Positions 30,524-41,315 of a stretch of DNA of 64,000 nucleotides are shown in pieces. Below the pieces are notes generated by a model. The model was not told the DNA's origin and ran no database searches. It worked only from the letters and a program-made list of their open reading frames with translations. Both the position numbers and the translations under genes were made by a program. The DNA lies in the IMG/VR virus record IMGVR_UViG_3300027759_000046, positions 62,001 to 126,000 of that record. One strand, written 5' to 3'. Numbering within the stretch: position 1 is the first letter of the stretch; every line of letters starts with the position of its first letter.

Positions 30524-31309
30524 TTATCTTTCTTGAATTTCTTCGACTGCCCATTCTGTAAAAAGCTTTTGTGCAGTCTGTGCAAATTTATTAGGCCTTT
30601 TGCTAATCTCGTTTAAATCATTCCAAATTTGTTCAGCTTTAATCTTTTCTTTTTGTAATTCTTCGCGAATGTTGTCTGCGTCAGTCTTAAACTGTGCAAG
30701 CTCATCAGGGACGTCCGCTAGGCCCAACTTAACAAGTCTTAAAAATCTTGGATCATGTGCAATTCTAATTAATTCCGCCCATTCCTCTTCATCGTCTCTT
30801 GCCTCAGTTTTAGTATCATGATATGTCATTAGTTCGTCTTCGATCGAATTAACAAAATCTTCGCCGGTTGTATCTGGTACAATAATTAACCAGCCACCGC
30901 TATTGCCGCCCCAACCGGTATTGTCAATCCACGAATAGTACTCTTGAATATCTTCTTGAAAAAATTCTCTCTGGTCTTGAATCCAACTCCACCACATGCT
31001 ATCAAGCTCATCATCACTTAATTCGTCTTCAGTCATTCCAACTGCCTGTCTAATTGTCTCAAAGTCTGGCCACGTATGAATTTTTGCATCGATTGCAAAA
31101 TGACCTTCTCGAATATTGCGGCTCTCTCTATTCCACCAATACTCGTTTTCAAGTTCTCCCCACATGCGTTCAACGTCGTCCATTAGTTCAGGAATCCCTT
31201 CTTCGAAATAAAAGTCTCCATAGTCTCGGCCATAGTCTCTTGATAGAGTCGTCAGAACCTCATTCCATCTGCGTGCTTCAGTAATAAATTGTGAGAATGT
31301 TTTTACCAT
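30524..31309 (-). CDS. Putative head cargo protein, acidic
   Basis: MVKTFSQFITE; RLVKLGLA motif. Confidence 0.6.
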   Translation of the reverse strand: MVKTFSQFITEARRWNEVLTTLSRDYGRDYGDFYFEEGIPELMDDVERMWGELENEYWWNRESRNIREGHFAIDAKIHTWPDFETIRQAVGMTEDELSDDELDSMWWSWIQDQREFFQEDIQEYYSWIDNTGWGGNSGGWLIIVPDTTGEDFVNSIEDELMTYHDTKTEARDDEEEWAELIRIAHDPRFLRLVKLGLADVPDELAQFKTDADNIREELQKEKIKAEQIWNDLNEISKRPNKFAQTAQKLFTEWAVEEIQER

Positions 31310-31698
31310 TATCTGCCGGCTTTGCTTATTTCAATTGCCTGTAATTGTTTAATTGCCTTTTCTCGGCTGGGATGAGTTCCCAATACTTTCTTGCCGCTCT
31401 TGTCAGTTACGACCCATTTGTTACCGCGTTTAAGTACCTTTTCATTTAGCGCTTGGTACTCGGAAAATCTTGCAACTCGATTCTCTGCTAAAGCCGGCTC
31501 CATGATCGGTTGCGAAGCTAGTTGGTTTACCGAAATCGATTCGACTTTATTTACTAATTCAGTTACTTTAGCTTTAATCATTTCAAGTTTTTCAATTTGA
31601 TCTTGAGTTAAAGATTCATTTGCTTCTTCTACGATAAACAAATATTCAATAAACGAGTCGATTTGATTTTCCATTTTAAATTGATATTTTTGAGGCAA
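31309..31698 (-). CDS. Hypothetical protein with short basic C-terminal module
   Basis: ARFSEYQALNE then KRGNKWVV..KKVLGTH..AIKQLQAIE. Confidence 0.6.
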   Translation of the reverse strand: MPQKYQFKMENQIDSFIEYLFIVEEANESLTQDQIEKLEMIKAKVTELVNKVESISVNQLASQPIMEPALAENRVARFSEYQALNEKVLKRGNKWVVTDKSGKKVLGTHPSREKAIKQLQAIEISKAGR

Positions 31699-32287
31699 TC
31701 ACGAGGCCAAGTATAAGTTTAGTATACACAAGTTGAAAGTGATAATAGGTCAAAATGATTTGGTGTTCGTCTTTTGCCAGGCTAACTAATCCCTTTTTCA
31801 GAGTAAGTTGGCCTAACTGATTTAGCACTCTAACCATTTGAACTCGGTCTCTGATCATGCTAGATAAAATCTCAGCCATCGTTGAGTAACTTAAGCTAGT
31901 TCGGTTGTCCTGAATTAGAGCACACCAATCTTCAGCAGCTTCAACTGCATTACGTTTTACCAAAAGATCTTTTGATTTTAGACCCTTATCTAATATTTTT
32001 AAAATTTTGTCTAAGTCTTTTACCTTATCGGCAATTTCGTTGATCCAATACAATTCTTGTTCAAAAATTACTATTGCTATCTTGGTTTTATCCTTGCCAT
32101 AACCAAATTTAACCAGTTTTGGGTCTATTGGTCTTGCCTGAAAAAAGTCAGAGTCCTCATCGAATAAAAACGTTGGAGACTTAGGCATTTCACCAATCTC
32201 TATCTCGAACTCACCAAATGGGAAGTTCTGGAGAAACGGGTACTTTCGAGTAACCAGCTGAGATTGTTTACTGGGTGAAATTATCAT
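31676..32287 (-). CDS. Hypothetical protein
   Basis: Intact ORF with AATAAATA upstream. Confidence 0.6.
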   Translation of the reverse strand: MIISPSKQSQLVTRKYPFLQNFPFGEFEIEIGEMPKSPTFLFDEDSDFFQARPIDPKLVKFGYGKDKTKIAIVIFEQELYWINEIADKVKDLDKILKILDKGLKSKDLLVKRNAVEAAEDWCALIQDNRTSLSYSTMAEILSSMIRDRVQMVRVLNQLGQLTLKKGLVSLAKDEHQIILTYYHFQLVYTKLILGLVIASKISI

Positions 32288-32353
32288 CCTTTTGATTTTT
32301 GTTTATTTATTTGGTACATTAAACCAAAATACTCTTTACTGATACAAGACAAT

Positions 32354-33811
32354 ATGACTCACAGCTTAGACCATCAAATTAAATCACTAGATCTTAAACA
32401 GAATGCAATTAAGATCCTAATTAACTCATTCTACGGTGCCTTCGGTAACCGATACTTCTACTTCCATAATAACGATATTGCCCAGTCAATCACTCTACAG
32501 GGCCAAGATCTTATTAAATTCTCAATTCGAGCAGTCAATCACTATTTTATTAACAAGTGGCATCTTGATACTGAGTTGCATGAAAAGCTTGGAATTGCCG
32601 GTAAAACGATTACGCCGATTACTAAAGAAGCTGCGATTTACACAGATACTGACTCAGTCTACGTATGTTTCGATTACGCAATTCGATCAGTCGACGGCCT
32701 AAAGCTATCAAATAAAGAATCGCTAGAGTTCTGTTTATCAATCAATCGTAATCGATTAAAAGATTATTTCGAGCAAGCATTTGAGAAGTACTCATCTCAT
32801 TTTAATACAGACAATCGTCAAAACTTTGAGCTTGAGAATCTATCTAAGTCCGGTATCTGGCTTGCCAAAAAGAAATACATTCTTAAAGTTTCCTATAAAG
32901 ATAACAAGCACGAGCAGCTGCTCGACAAAGAATCACTAATCATTAAAGGGCTTGAAGCAATTCAGGCATCATATCCAATCTGGGCAAGAAATCACCTGCA
33001 AGCTCTTTACACGTATCTATTAGATGTTGGCTACGACCTAGATCTAGAAGGTGACCTCATTCCAAAATTAACTGAGTTGAAATCCGAATGCGAAGCCTTA
33101 CCGGTTGAAGATATTGCTTTTAACTTCTCGGTTAGAGTTTATGAAAACTATCTAAAGAGTCTGGTGCCTCTTGTCTTAGAAACAGGTATGCCGATTTACG
33201 GCCGTGCCGTTTCATATCACAATCACCTAGTTAAAAAGAATAACAGTCAAAAATACGCTCTGATTAGAAGTGGTTCCAAGATTAAATTCTATTATGCTGC
33301 GCCTAACGAACATGAATTTGATATTTTCGCCTATGCGCCAGGTTCTTATCCAGAAGAGTTCGCAGTTCCATTAGATAGAGAGCAACAGTTCTTCCGACTA
33401 ATCGTTGAACCCATCAATAAATTATTGGTTGCAATGGGTTATCCTGAGCTTACTCCAAGCCTTACTCGTAAAGTCGAGATTATTAAGTCAAGAAGCCGCA
33501 AGGCCGAATTTACACCAGAAGAGATTTATCCACTATACTCAGTTAACTCTGAGACCCTAGACTTCGCTGAGATTCCTGAGAGCTGTCAAGAGTACGTTAG
33601 CGATCCAGATAAAAAGGTCCCAGCCGAAATATTCACTGTCTATATTTCAGCAATTTCCAAATTCGGTTTAAACACAGTAATTGTTCCTAAACACGAATTA
33701 CATAAGTATCGAGAACGTATTGCCAAGAAAAAAGGTCTTGAGATTGAAGTTCCAAAGCCTGAACCTAAACCTAAAAAAGCGAAAGCTGTAAAAGAAGTAA
33801 ATGAAGCGTGA
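32354..33811 (+). CDS. Family B DNA polymerase, C-terminal half only (gp43B-like)
   Basis: Begins at motif B (KILINSFYG), has YTDTDS, KKKY, KGLE; no exonuclease or motif A. Confidence 0.88.
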   Translation: MTHSLDHQIKSLDLKQNAIKILINSFYGAFGNRYFYFHNNDIAQSITLQGQDLIKFSIRAVNHYFINKWHLDTELHEKLGIAGKTITPITKEAAIYTDTDSVYVCFDYAIRSVDGLKLSNKESLEFCLSINRNRLKDYFEQAFEKYSSHFNTDNRQNFELENLSKSGIWLAKKKYILKVSYKDNKHEQLLDKESLIIKGLEAIQASYPIWARNHLQALYTYLLDVGYDLDLEGDLIPKLTELKSECEALPVEDIAFNFSVRVYENYLKSLVPLVLETGMPIYGRAVSYHNHLVKKNNSQKYALIRSGSKIKFYYAAPNEHEFDIFAYAPGSYPEEFAVPLDREQQFFRLIVEPINKLLVAMGYPELTPSLTRKVEIIKSRSRKAEFTPEEIYPLYSVNSETLDFAEIPESCQEYVSDPDKKVPAEIFTVYISAISKFGLNTVIVPKHELHKYRERIAKKKGLEIEVPKPEPKPKKAKAVKEVNEA

Positions 33812-34922
33812 AGAAGTAATTTATTTCGTAGAGACTCTGCTCAGAAAGAGATTTCACGATAATCTCGAGAAGCAAAAGATCGAAGACGATACTGACCGTA
33901 AGATTAATTTTGCGTGTCCAATCTGTGGAGACTCTGAGAAAAAATCTTCAAAGAAACGTGGCAATCTCTATCTAGATACTGGCGCATACAAATGTTTTAA
34001 CGACGGCTGTATGGCGTACATGACTCTTGGCGAATTTGTTGCAAAGATGAGTCGCGAACACGGCATTATGTTGCCAAGTTTCGTGATGGATATTGAGTAC
34101 AAACCAACCAAGGTAAAGCGTGACGATAATCAATTAATTAGATTCTTAACGTCAGATACTGGTGAGCTTGTTAAAATCACCGATATCATAAATCGATTCG
34201 GCTTAAAGAGGTTAGATCAATTAGAAGGTCCATCTAGAGCGCTAGACTATCTTAAAGGCCGAGACCTTAACCTAATTGAAGATTTCGGAGATTGCCTCTA
34301 CACTGATTCGTCAGACAGTAGAGTCTATATTTTTAATTTCGATAAGAGATCCGGTCGTGTGTTGGGGTTCTCAATGCGTAGTCTAAATCCGGATGCCGAA
34401 CGTAAGTACATCATTAAGTCTTATACTGATCTCGCAAACGTATTTGTTCAAAAGAATATCTCAAAGCAATTGGTTGAGGATGCAAATTTCCTAAATAACT
34501 ATTTCAATATCTTAAACATTGATTTCGCAAAGCCTATCTTAATGGCTGAAGGCCAGTTTGACTCTCTGTTATTAGAGAATTGCATCGCAACCTCTGGTGT
34601 TAGTAAAGCCCGGAGCATTATGTCAAACCTTGGTGCAAAAAGCGGAGTCCGAATAATATTTGATAGGGACAAGGCAGGTCGTACCCAGATGATGCAGTTT
34701 ATTAAGCAAGGCTACTCAATCTTTCTCTGGAATAAAGCACTAAGCGAAATTAAATCAATGTGCGAGAGCGCATCAGAGTACATCAGTCTATCACATGTGA
34801 AAGATATTAATGATCTATTCTCATTTATCCGAAAAAAGAAACCTGATTATACTCTTGAAAAATTTAACTCTTGGATCAATTGTAATTTTAGTGAGACTGT
34901 CTATGATCTAGTCTACCTATAA
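33801..34922 (+). CDS. DNA primase, T4 gp61-like
   Basis: NFACPICGDS..KRG..YKCFNDGC Zn finger; TOPRIM EGQFDS, IFDRD. Confidence 0.9.
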   Translation: MKREEVIYFVETLLRKRFHDNLEKQKIEDDTDRKINFACPICGDSEKKSSKKRGNLYLDTGAYKCFNDGCMAYMTLGEFVAKMSREHGIMLPSFVMDIEYKPTKVKRDDNQLIRFLTSDTGELVKITDIINRFGLKRLDQLEGPSRALDYLKGRDLNLIEDFGDCLYTDSSDSRVYIFNFDKRSGRVLGFSMRSLNPDAERKYIIKSYTDLANVFVQKNISKQLVEDANFLNNYFNILNIDFAKPILMAEGQFDSLLLENCIATSGVSKARSIMSNLGAKSGVRIIFDRDKAGRTQMMQFIKQGYSIFLWNKALSEIKSMCESASEYISLSHVKDINDLFSFIRKKKPDYTLEKFNSWINCNFSETVYDLVYL

Positions 34923-34925
34923 ATA
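34918..34925 (+). promoter_or_regulatory. T4-type late promoter TATAAATA
   Basis: Exact match at the end of the primase gene, ahead of the gp4-gp2-portal genes. Confidence 0.7.
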
Positions 34926-34930
34926 ACCTT

Positions 34931-35437
34931 ATGAAACCAAAAGAGCAAAAGAGCATCAAGACCTTCTTAAAACCTAGAGCGGGCGCGATTCGTCAAGGAT
35001 ATTTTAAGCCTGCAAATCCAGATAAGTACATTGGTGATCCAAATCAAATCATTTTTAGATCAAGCTGGGAATTCAAATTTCTAAAGTGGTGCGATTCAAG
35101 TCCAACTATCCTAGCCTATTCATCTGAGCCGGTTGGGATCCTGTACTACAGTCCATTAGATAAACGTGGCCATACGTATTATGTGGATTTCTATATCGTT
35201 ACTAAAGATGCTGAAGGAAACGAACAAAAATGGCTCATTGAGGTAAAACCTAACAAGTATGTCAAACCGCCCACTGCTCCTGACCGTATGACCAATAAGC
35301 AGACCGCTAATTATGTTTATGCTGCTAAGCAATACATTGTGAATCAGGCTAAATTTGAAGCGGCCAAGGACTTTGCAGCACAGAGAGGTCTTAAATTCGG
35401 AATAATAACCGAAAACTTTCTGTTCAAATCGATATAA
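34931..35437 (+). CDS. Head completion nuclease, T4 gp4-like (TnsA-type)
   Basis: QGYFKPANPDKYIGD..IFRSSWE..SSE..YYVDF..IEVKP. Confidence 0.9.
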   Translation: MKPKEQKSIKTFLKPRAGAIRQGYFKPANPDKYIGDPNQIIFRSSWEFKFLKWCDSSPTILAYSSEPVGILYYSPLDKRGHTYYVDFYIVTKDAEGNEQKWLIEVKPNKYVKPPTAPDRMTNKQTANYVYAAKQYIVNQAKFEAAKDFAAQRGLKFGIITENFLFKSI

Positions 35438-35446
35438 AAGAAGATA

Positions 35447-36097
35447 ATGGCAATTAAACTCCTAGAAGACTACGTTCAAACTGGAATAGTTAAAGATTTT
35501 CAGTCACCTGTTCCAAATTACCGATTTGACTCAGAGGGAGTTCCCTATAATTTTAGGGCTCTTGCTCCAGGCCACATTTACACGTTCGTTTCACTAAGAG
35601 AGCGCGGGTCAGACAGCTTACCAAGCCTAGACGAATACCAAACAAATCCGACTCCGGGTAAAAAGCCGTATTTTGATAACCGGCCAATCTTTTTATCACT
35701 AGGTCAAGAAGGTCCAATGGAAATTGGGCTAAACTTAAAAATGATGCCTGATCAGCTCAGGAAAAATTTCATTCGAGTTTACTTAAAGAACAATGTGTTG
35801 CCAGTTATTGAAAACTTAACTGACGATAAGGGAAACTTGATTGAAATTACCCAAAGGTTAAGATCTCCAGAAATTAAAAAATTACTCCAAATGGACCGAC
35901 GTTACGTTAGATTGGCTGGCGACCTATCAAGCTTTAATTTTGAGTTCCTGGTTGATAAATATAACAGAGAAGAGATGAGATTCTTAAAAATGATTGACTG
36001 GCCGGACGTTCCAAAACTTGGTGAATCCAATTACGTCCAGGACAAGACAATTGTTTCAAAGACTCCAATTTCGTACTTTTTAACAAAATTTACATAA
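35447..36097 (+). CDS. DNA end protector, T4 gp2-like
   Basis: PGHIYTF, FDNRPIFL..IGLNLKMMP; adjacent to gp4. Confidence 0.6.
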   Translation: MAIKLLEDYVQTGIVKDFQSPVPNYRFDSEGVPYNFRALAPGHIYTFVSLRERGSDSLPSLDEYQTNPTPGKKPYFDNRPIFLSLGQEGPMEIGLNLKMMPDQLRKNFIRVYLKNNVLPVIENLTDDKGNLIEITQRLRSPEIKKLLQMDRRYVRLAGDLSSFNFEFLVDKYNREEMRFLKMIDWPDVPKLGESNYVQDKTIVSKTPISYFLTKFT

Positions 36098-36104
36098 CAT
36101 ATAA

Positions 36105-37793
36105 ATGGCAGGATTCTTAGACAGTAACCCAATGAGATCATTAAGATCTAGACTCACTGAATTGAGCAAATTTGGGCAGAAATATGACGATCTACTCGTT
36201 AAAAACTCACAAGCAATCGGTTTTATTGAGGGTCAAATGCAACAAGCCGGTTCAGGATTAGGTAGCGATCTAATGAGAGCTACTCTGGCCTTATCTGATA
36301 CAACATCAGCTCTAAAGACCAAATCTATTGCATTCTTTCAAATGGATTACGTGTCCAAACGAGAAAGACTTCGTGATATTGCATCAAACGGCGAAATTGA
36401 ATTTGTACTTGAGACTATTACTGACGACAGTATCGTATTTGATGATGATAACCGCTTTTGTTACGCAAATGACCTAGTCGGAGAAATTCAGTACATGGGT
36501 CAAAACAAGAAACAACGACTTGAATTTCAAGAAAAGGTTCTAAACAAATATCAAGATACTTTTCAAAATATCTACAGTAAATGGGGCTTTGATCAAGGAA
36601 TTTCAGCATGGCAGTACTTCTATCAATGGTTAATTGAAGGTCACTTGGCCTTTGAGATAATTTACGATGACTTGTTAAAACCTACTCAGATTATCGGCTT
36701 TAAAGAATTGGATCCAGCGACTCTCTATCCAGAGATGAAGAAAGATGCAGGTGGATCATTAGTTCTACAATGGCAACAAAAAGATCCTCTGTCTAAAACA
36801 ACTAGAACTTTATCAGATTCTCAAATCATCTATATTTCATACTCAAATCACATGAGAACCAAACGAGTTAGTTTCGTTGAGAGACTTGTTCGTTCATTTA
36901 ATATGTTGAGAATCATTGAACACTCTAAAGTTATTTGGCACACAATGCACGCACCAATTCGTCTTGTTACAACTGTACCAATCGGAACCAAGTCAATGCA
37001 AAAGGCAAAGGAAGACGTTAGGGAATTTACCAATACTCTTAAGGAAGATATTTCATTTGATGGAGACTCTGGTGAATTAAAAGTTGACGGAAAGCCAAAT
37101 ATCTTGTTCTATAAGAATTATGTTGTTCCAGTAAATGATCAACAGCAACAGGTTAAAATTGAGCCATTGGAATACTCTGGACCAAACTTAGCCGGTTCAG
37201 AATTATTGAAATACTTCCATGAGAAGTTAAAAATGGACTCTAAAATTCCTGGGACCAGATTTGGTGAAGGTGGTGGAGCATTCACACTTAACGCAGAAGG
37301 TATTTCAAGAGAAGAGATTCGATATAATAAATTCATTCAACGTTTACGTTCAGCATTCAAAGAGTTAATCACAAAGCCTCTTTACTTGCAAATGTGCTTA
37401 GACATGAAAGAATTACAAAACGATCCTAAATTCGCAAACGCAGTCGGTCTTAACTGGTACGATGATAACGTATTTGAAGAACTTAAAGATCAAGATCTTA
37501 TTAACAAACGTCTTGCTACAGTTAACGCTCTTAAAGCAGTTGTTGATGATGCAAATAAACCATACTTCTCAACAGAATTCTTGATTCGTGAGTACTTAAA
37601 AATGAGCGATGAAGATATCCAAAAGAATAAGGATTATCAAGCGGTTCAGATGGGAGAAGCTGAAGAGGCTAAGGGCGGAGCCGGTGGAGCCGGTGCTCCT
37701 GGCGGAGGTGGTGGAGCTGCTGCTCCTGGCGCGCCCGGTGAGGAAGGCGGCGGAGAATTTAAGACAGAATTAGGAGCCAAAGGCCAACTTTAA
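36105..37793 (+). CDS. Portal protein, T4 gp20-like
   Basis: EIEFVLETITDDSIV, WLIEGHLAFE, KMDSKIPGTR, REEIRYNKFIQRLR. Confidence 0.92.
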   Translation: MAGFLDSNPMRSLRSRLTELSKFGQKYDDLLVKNSQAIGFIEGQMQQAGSGLGSDLMRATLALSDTTSALKTKSIAFFQMDYVSKRERLRDIASNGEIEFVLETITDDSIVFDDDNRFCYANDLVGEIQYMGQNKKQRLEFQEKVLNKYQDTFQNIYSKWGFDQGISAWQYFYQWLIEGHLAFEIIYDDLLKPTQIIGFKELDPATLYPEMKKDAGGSLVLQWQQKDPLSKTTRTLSDSQIIYISYSNHMRTKRVSFVERLVRSFNMLRIIEHSKVIWHTMHAPIRLVTTVPIGTKSMQKAKEDVREFTNTLKEDISFDGDSGELKVDGKPNILFYKNYVVPVNDQQQQVKIEPLEYSGPNLAGSELLKYFHEKLKMDSKIPGTRFGEGGGAFTLNAEGISREEIRYNKFIQRLRSAFKELITKPLYLQMCLDMKELQNDPKFANAVGLNWYDDNVFEELKDQDLINKRLATVNALKAVVDDANKPYFSTEFLIREYLKMSDEDIQKNKDYQAVQMGEAEEAKGGAGGAGAPGGGGGAAAPGAPGEEGGGEFKTELGAKGQL

Positions 37794-37819
37794 TAGTATA
37801 AGATCTAAAAACCTATTGC

Positions 37820-38920
37820 ATGGAGTCAACAATCTTTACGATTGACGCATACTTATCAAATCAAGAAAGAGCCGATGTTTGTCAGAATTTAATTCAACAA
37901 ATTCGTAAGCTCTACCCAACACATAAGATCCTACTTATAAACAAGTATCACAGTGCTTGGGGTCTTGATGCACAAGTTGATCATTATTACTATTACGGTG
38001 AAGGCTTCATGGTAGGCTATCCACCTGAGCGTATCTTATCCTCTGGTAAATATGAGATGCCGTATACTTATGTCAAGACTCATTACGGCACCTTTGAAAA
38101 TTGGTTTCCACTAGTTAATGTAACTGACCACGTCGCCGGTATATTTAATAGTTTTATTATCTCAGCCAGACTTGCTAAAATGTTGGGCTTTGATAAAATT
38201 GTCAAAATTGAATATGATACTATTTTTGACGAAACCGAATTCATAAATCTACAATCAGACATTGCTTGTTTCGAAGATTACTTGTTCTACGGAACTCGCA
38301 AAGAAGGCGAATGGGCCCAACCTCATCAATACTTAGTAGACGTTCACATTATTGGATATTCAGCAAAGCTCTTTGATTCTTATGGGCTTGTTAAAAACGA
38401 TGATGATTATTGGAATCTATGCGAGCGTATCAATTACTATGGCAAATGGATTGAATACATCATACCTGCCGTAGTTGAAGAGCGAAAGGCCTTAACTCCA
38501 GTAATTGGTACTGCAATTCCAGGTAAATTTAATACTCTATTTGAACACACTCAGTTTGATGTAATTAATTCTCCAAGTGAGTGGTCTAATGTTTGGAAGC
38601 ACGTTCCAAAATTATGTAAAGCGGCAAACTCAATCGGCCCTATTGAAAATTTACTTGTAATATTCTATTGGAACAATAATGAATCTGGTGTAATCAAGAC
38701 AAGATGTGTAGTGCAAGACGTAGATACTGACAAGGTAATCTATGAAAAGGAAATTGACCTATTAGCTAAGGCAAATTGGCTATTTGATTCAATTAATCTA
38801 ATTAGACCAGTTAAGGTTACTACATGGACTACGACCGGCGACGAAACTTTTACGCAAACTCAAGTAATAGAGCTAAGCGACTTGCAAAATCTCGCACCAA
38901 GATTTTTATTCAATGACTAG
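37820..38920 (+). CDS. Hypothetical protein, possibly glycan-related
   Basis: First gene of the second sugar cluster; KIEYD motif. Confidence 0.45.
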   Translation: MESTIFTIDAYLSNQERADVCQNLIQQIRKLYPTHKILLINKYHSAWGLDAQVDHYYYYGEGFMVGYPPERILSSGKYEMPYTYVKTHYGTFENWFPLVNVTDHVAGIFNSFIISARLAKMLGFDKIVKIEYDTIFDETEFINLQSDIACFEDYLFYGTRKEGEWAQPHQYLVDVHIIGYSAKLFDSYGLVKNDDDYWNLCERINYYGKWIEYIIPAVVEERKALTPVIGTAIPGKFNTLFEHTQFDVINSPSEWSNVWKHVPKLCKAANSIGPIENLLVIFYWNNNESGVIKTRCVVQDVDTDKVIYEKEIDLLAKANWLFDSINLIRPVKVTTWTTTGDETFTQTQVIELSDLQNLAPRFLFND

Positions 38921-39368
38921 ACCATACATAATATCACATAGAGGTAATCTAAGCGGCCGAATTCCAGAAAGAGAAAACACGCTAGACTATATTGACGAAG
39001 CGATCGCAGAAGGTTTCGATGTTGAAATCGACCTATGGTTCCATGATAGTAAATTCTTCTTGGGTCATGATGGCCCTGAAACAGAAGTTCAGATGCAGCA
39101 ATTGATTGATAGATCCTTTAATTTATGGGTTCACGCAAAAAATCTAGATGTCGTAACTTATCTGCTTCAAACTGAACTTCATTGGTTCTGGCATGATAAG
39201 GACACCATGACTCTAACTAGCGAAGGAATTCCATGGGCTCAACCTGGTCAATTTGTACCAAACGGAATAACCGTTGAGTTTGAAATCATAAATATTCCAT
39301 CATACGCACTAGGGGTATGTACTGATAATCCAATTGACTACAAAAATACTATAAAACATGAAGATTAA
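38913..39368 (+). CDS. Glycerophosphodiester phosphodiesterase-like (GDPD) protein
   Basis: ISHRGN..ENT..FDVEIDL..LGHD..WVHAKN. Confidence 0.8.
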   Translation: MTRPYIISHRGNLSGRIPERENTLDYIDEAIAEGFDVEIDLWFHDSKFFLGHDGPETEVQMQQLIDRSFNLWVHAKNLDVVTYLLQTELHWFWHDKDTMTLTSEGIPWAQPGQFVPNGITVEFEIINIPSYALGVCTDNPIDYKNTIKHED

Positions 39369-40464
39369 TATCCTAATTCCAATGGCAGGTCTTGGTACCA
39401 GATTTAAAAACGAGGGATTCGACCTACCCAAGCCTCTAATCGAAGTCAATGGCAAAACTCTAATTGAACATTCAGTTAGCACACTAGGCATTGAAGGCCA
39501 ATACATATTCATTACTCGTCAATACGATGACCAGACTCACAATGCGCTATTATCGGCTAAGCTAAAACAACTGTATCCGACATCAGTTGAAATTACCTTA
39601 TCTGAACCGACTAGGGGATCAGTTGAGACCTGTTTAGCCGCTGCTAAATTGATCAATACAACAGATCCATTAATCATCACTAACTGTGATCAGATCACAG
39701 ACTGGGACGCAGCAGAGTTTTTGGAATTCGTTTCTCAAAGGTCAATCGCAGGAGCAATCGTTACCTACACTTCAAGCAATCCAAAGAATAGTTTTGCAGT
39801 AGTTGAATCCGGTCGAGTCGTTGAAGTTGTTGAGAAAAATCCAGTAACTGATATTGCTCTAATTGGTCTACACTATTGGAAACATGGAGAAGACTTTGTC
39901 AGAACCGCAAATGAACTAATGAAATCATTTGAAGATAACGGTCGACCTGAGTGCTACATTTCCGAGACATATAATTACCTTATTCAAGAGGGTCGATTAA
40001 TCAAGAACTTTCATATTGATGAAAACCAGTATATTTCATTGGGTACTCCATACGATCTAACAATTTACCAAGGAAAGGTTAAGGAATTTTATACGGATAA
40101 ACCTAAAACACTCTTTTGCGATATTGACGGTACTCTACTAAAGCATGTACATAAATTTAGCGAGCTTATTGACACTGTTCCTAAATTGCTCGATGGAGTT
40201 AGAGAAAAAATTAATCAATGGGATTCTCAAGGCCACAAGATAATCTTGGTTACTGCACGTAAGGAATCAGCTCGTGAAATGACGGAAAAACATCTTAAAG
40301 ATTTGGGACTCTGTTGGGATCATCTAATCATGGGCGTAACAAGCGGTAATCGAATTCTAATAAACGATAAACTAAATAAAACAAATCCGGATCGAGCACA
40401 AGCAGTTAATGTTATAACTAACTCAGGCTTTGGCACAATCGACTGGGAAACATACGGACTATGA
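39358..40464 (+). CDS. Sugar-phosphate nucleotidyltransferase fused to HAD phosphatase
   Basis: IPMAGLGTRF..PKPLI, NCDQ; C-terminal FCDIDGTL, VTAR, INDK. Confidence 0.85.
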   Translation: MKINILIPMAGLGTRFKNEGFDLPKPLIEVNGKTLIEHSVSTLGIEGQYIFITRQYDDQTHNALLSAKLKQLYPTSVEITLSEPTRGSVETCLAAAKLINTTDPLIITNCDQITDWDAAEFLEFVSQRSIAGAIVTYTSSNPKNSFAVVESGRVVEVVEKNPVTDIALIGLHYWKHGEDFVRTANELMKSFEDNGRPECYISETYNYLIQEGRLIKNFHIDENQYISLGTPYDLTIYQGKVKEFYTDKPKTLFCDIDGTLLKHVHKFSELIDTVPKLLDGVREKINQWDSQGHKIILVTARKESAREMTEKHLKDLGLCWDHLIMGVTSGNRILINDKLNKTNPDRAQAVNVITNSGFGTIDWETYGL

Positions 40465-41315
40465 AATTACCATTTATATTTACAGAAGACAAACATTTTT
40501 GGGAGGTTAAAAGCACACTTCGCGGAAAAATTGGTGAACTACTTAACATATTTCCAGAAAAAGAGTTACCTTTAAGAATAGACGTAGCTAGTTCAATCAC
40601 TGGCGAAGTTATGTATACCATGCAAGCTACCGAACACAGTTGGTTTGAAAAATACGACTTTTATTTTCAAGATATATTTGTCTATACTGCAAGCGACCAG
40701 CTTGTGTGGGAACAACGCTGGGATATACTTAAAGATCCAGCATATAGTCTCTTTTATCTCTTAAACTGTTTCAAAGATACTCGCGGTATTGTTATAGGAG
40801 CACATGACGGAAGATACGGAGAGTGGGTAACTTTAATAAAAGACAAAAGGCATAAAATTTTACTAGTTGAAGCTTCACAAGAGCAATTTGATTCATTGCA
40901 AAAGGGATATAATAAAAATACAAGCGTCACTCTTATGAAAAAATTGGTCACTACTGACGGTAAAACGGTGCCATTTTTTGAAGGCGGCAATGGATATGGT
41001 AATAGTGTCTATCGAGTGCATCTTGAAAATTATCTAAACGGCCAAGAAATCAGAGAAACTTTGACGGACTCAATTAGTATAGTAGACTTAATTGAAAACT
41101 TTTCAACTGAATTAGATTGGATTCATATTGATACTGAGGGATATGATGCAAAATTAATTCTTGCTCTTAAGGAAAGACGTGATCTACTACCTCGCCTAAT
41201 TGTTTTTGAAGACATTCACATACCTCTCGAAGAAAAACACGAATTGGAAAATTTCCTAGTTATTGAAGGCTACTCAATGCATTCATACGACGGTAATACT
41301 TTTTGCATAAGATGA
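40461..41315 (+). CDS. FkbM-family methyltransferase with N-terminal extension
   Basis: IGAHDG, LVEAS, IHIDTEGYD. Confidence 0.8.
   Translation: MKLPFIFTEDKHFWEVKSTLRGKIGELLNIFPEKELPLRIDVASSITGEVMYTMQATEHSWFEKYDFYFQDIFVYTASDQLVWEQRWDILKDPAYSLFYLLNCFKDTRGIVIGAHDGRYGEWVTLIKDKRHKILLVEASQEQFDSLQKGYNKNTSVTLMKKLVTTDGKTVPFFEGGNGYGNSVYRVHLENYLNGQEIRETLTDSISIVDLIENFSTELDWIHIDTEGYDAKLILALKERRDLLPRLIVFEDIHIPLEEKHELENFLVIEGYSMHSYDGNTFCIR

Noticed and set aside
32354-32450. Split intein or intron explaining the truncated polymerase
   Set aside because: No intein C-terminal motif; the upstream sequence is a divergent gene
37660-37760. GC-rich low-complexity stretch as a foreign insert
   Set aside because: It simply encodes the Gly/Ala/Pro tail of the portal protein
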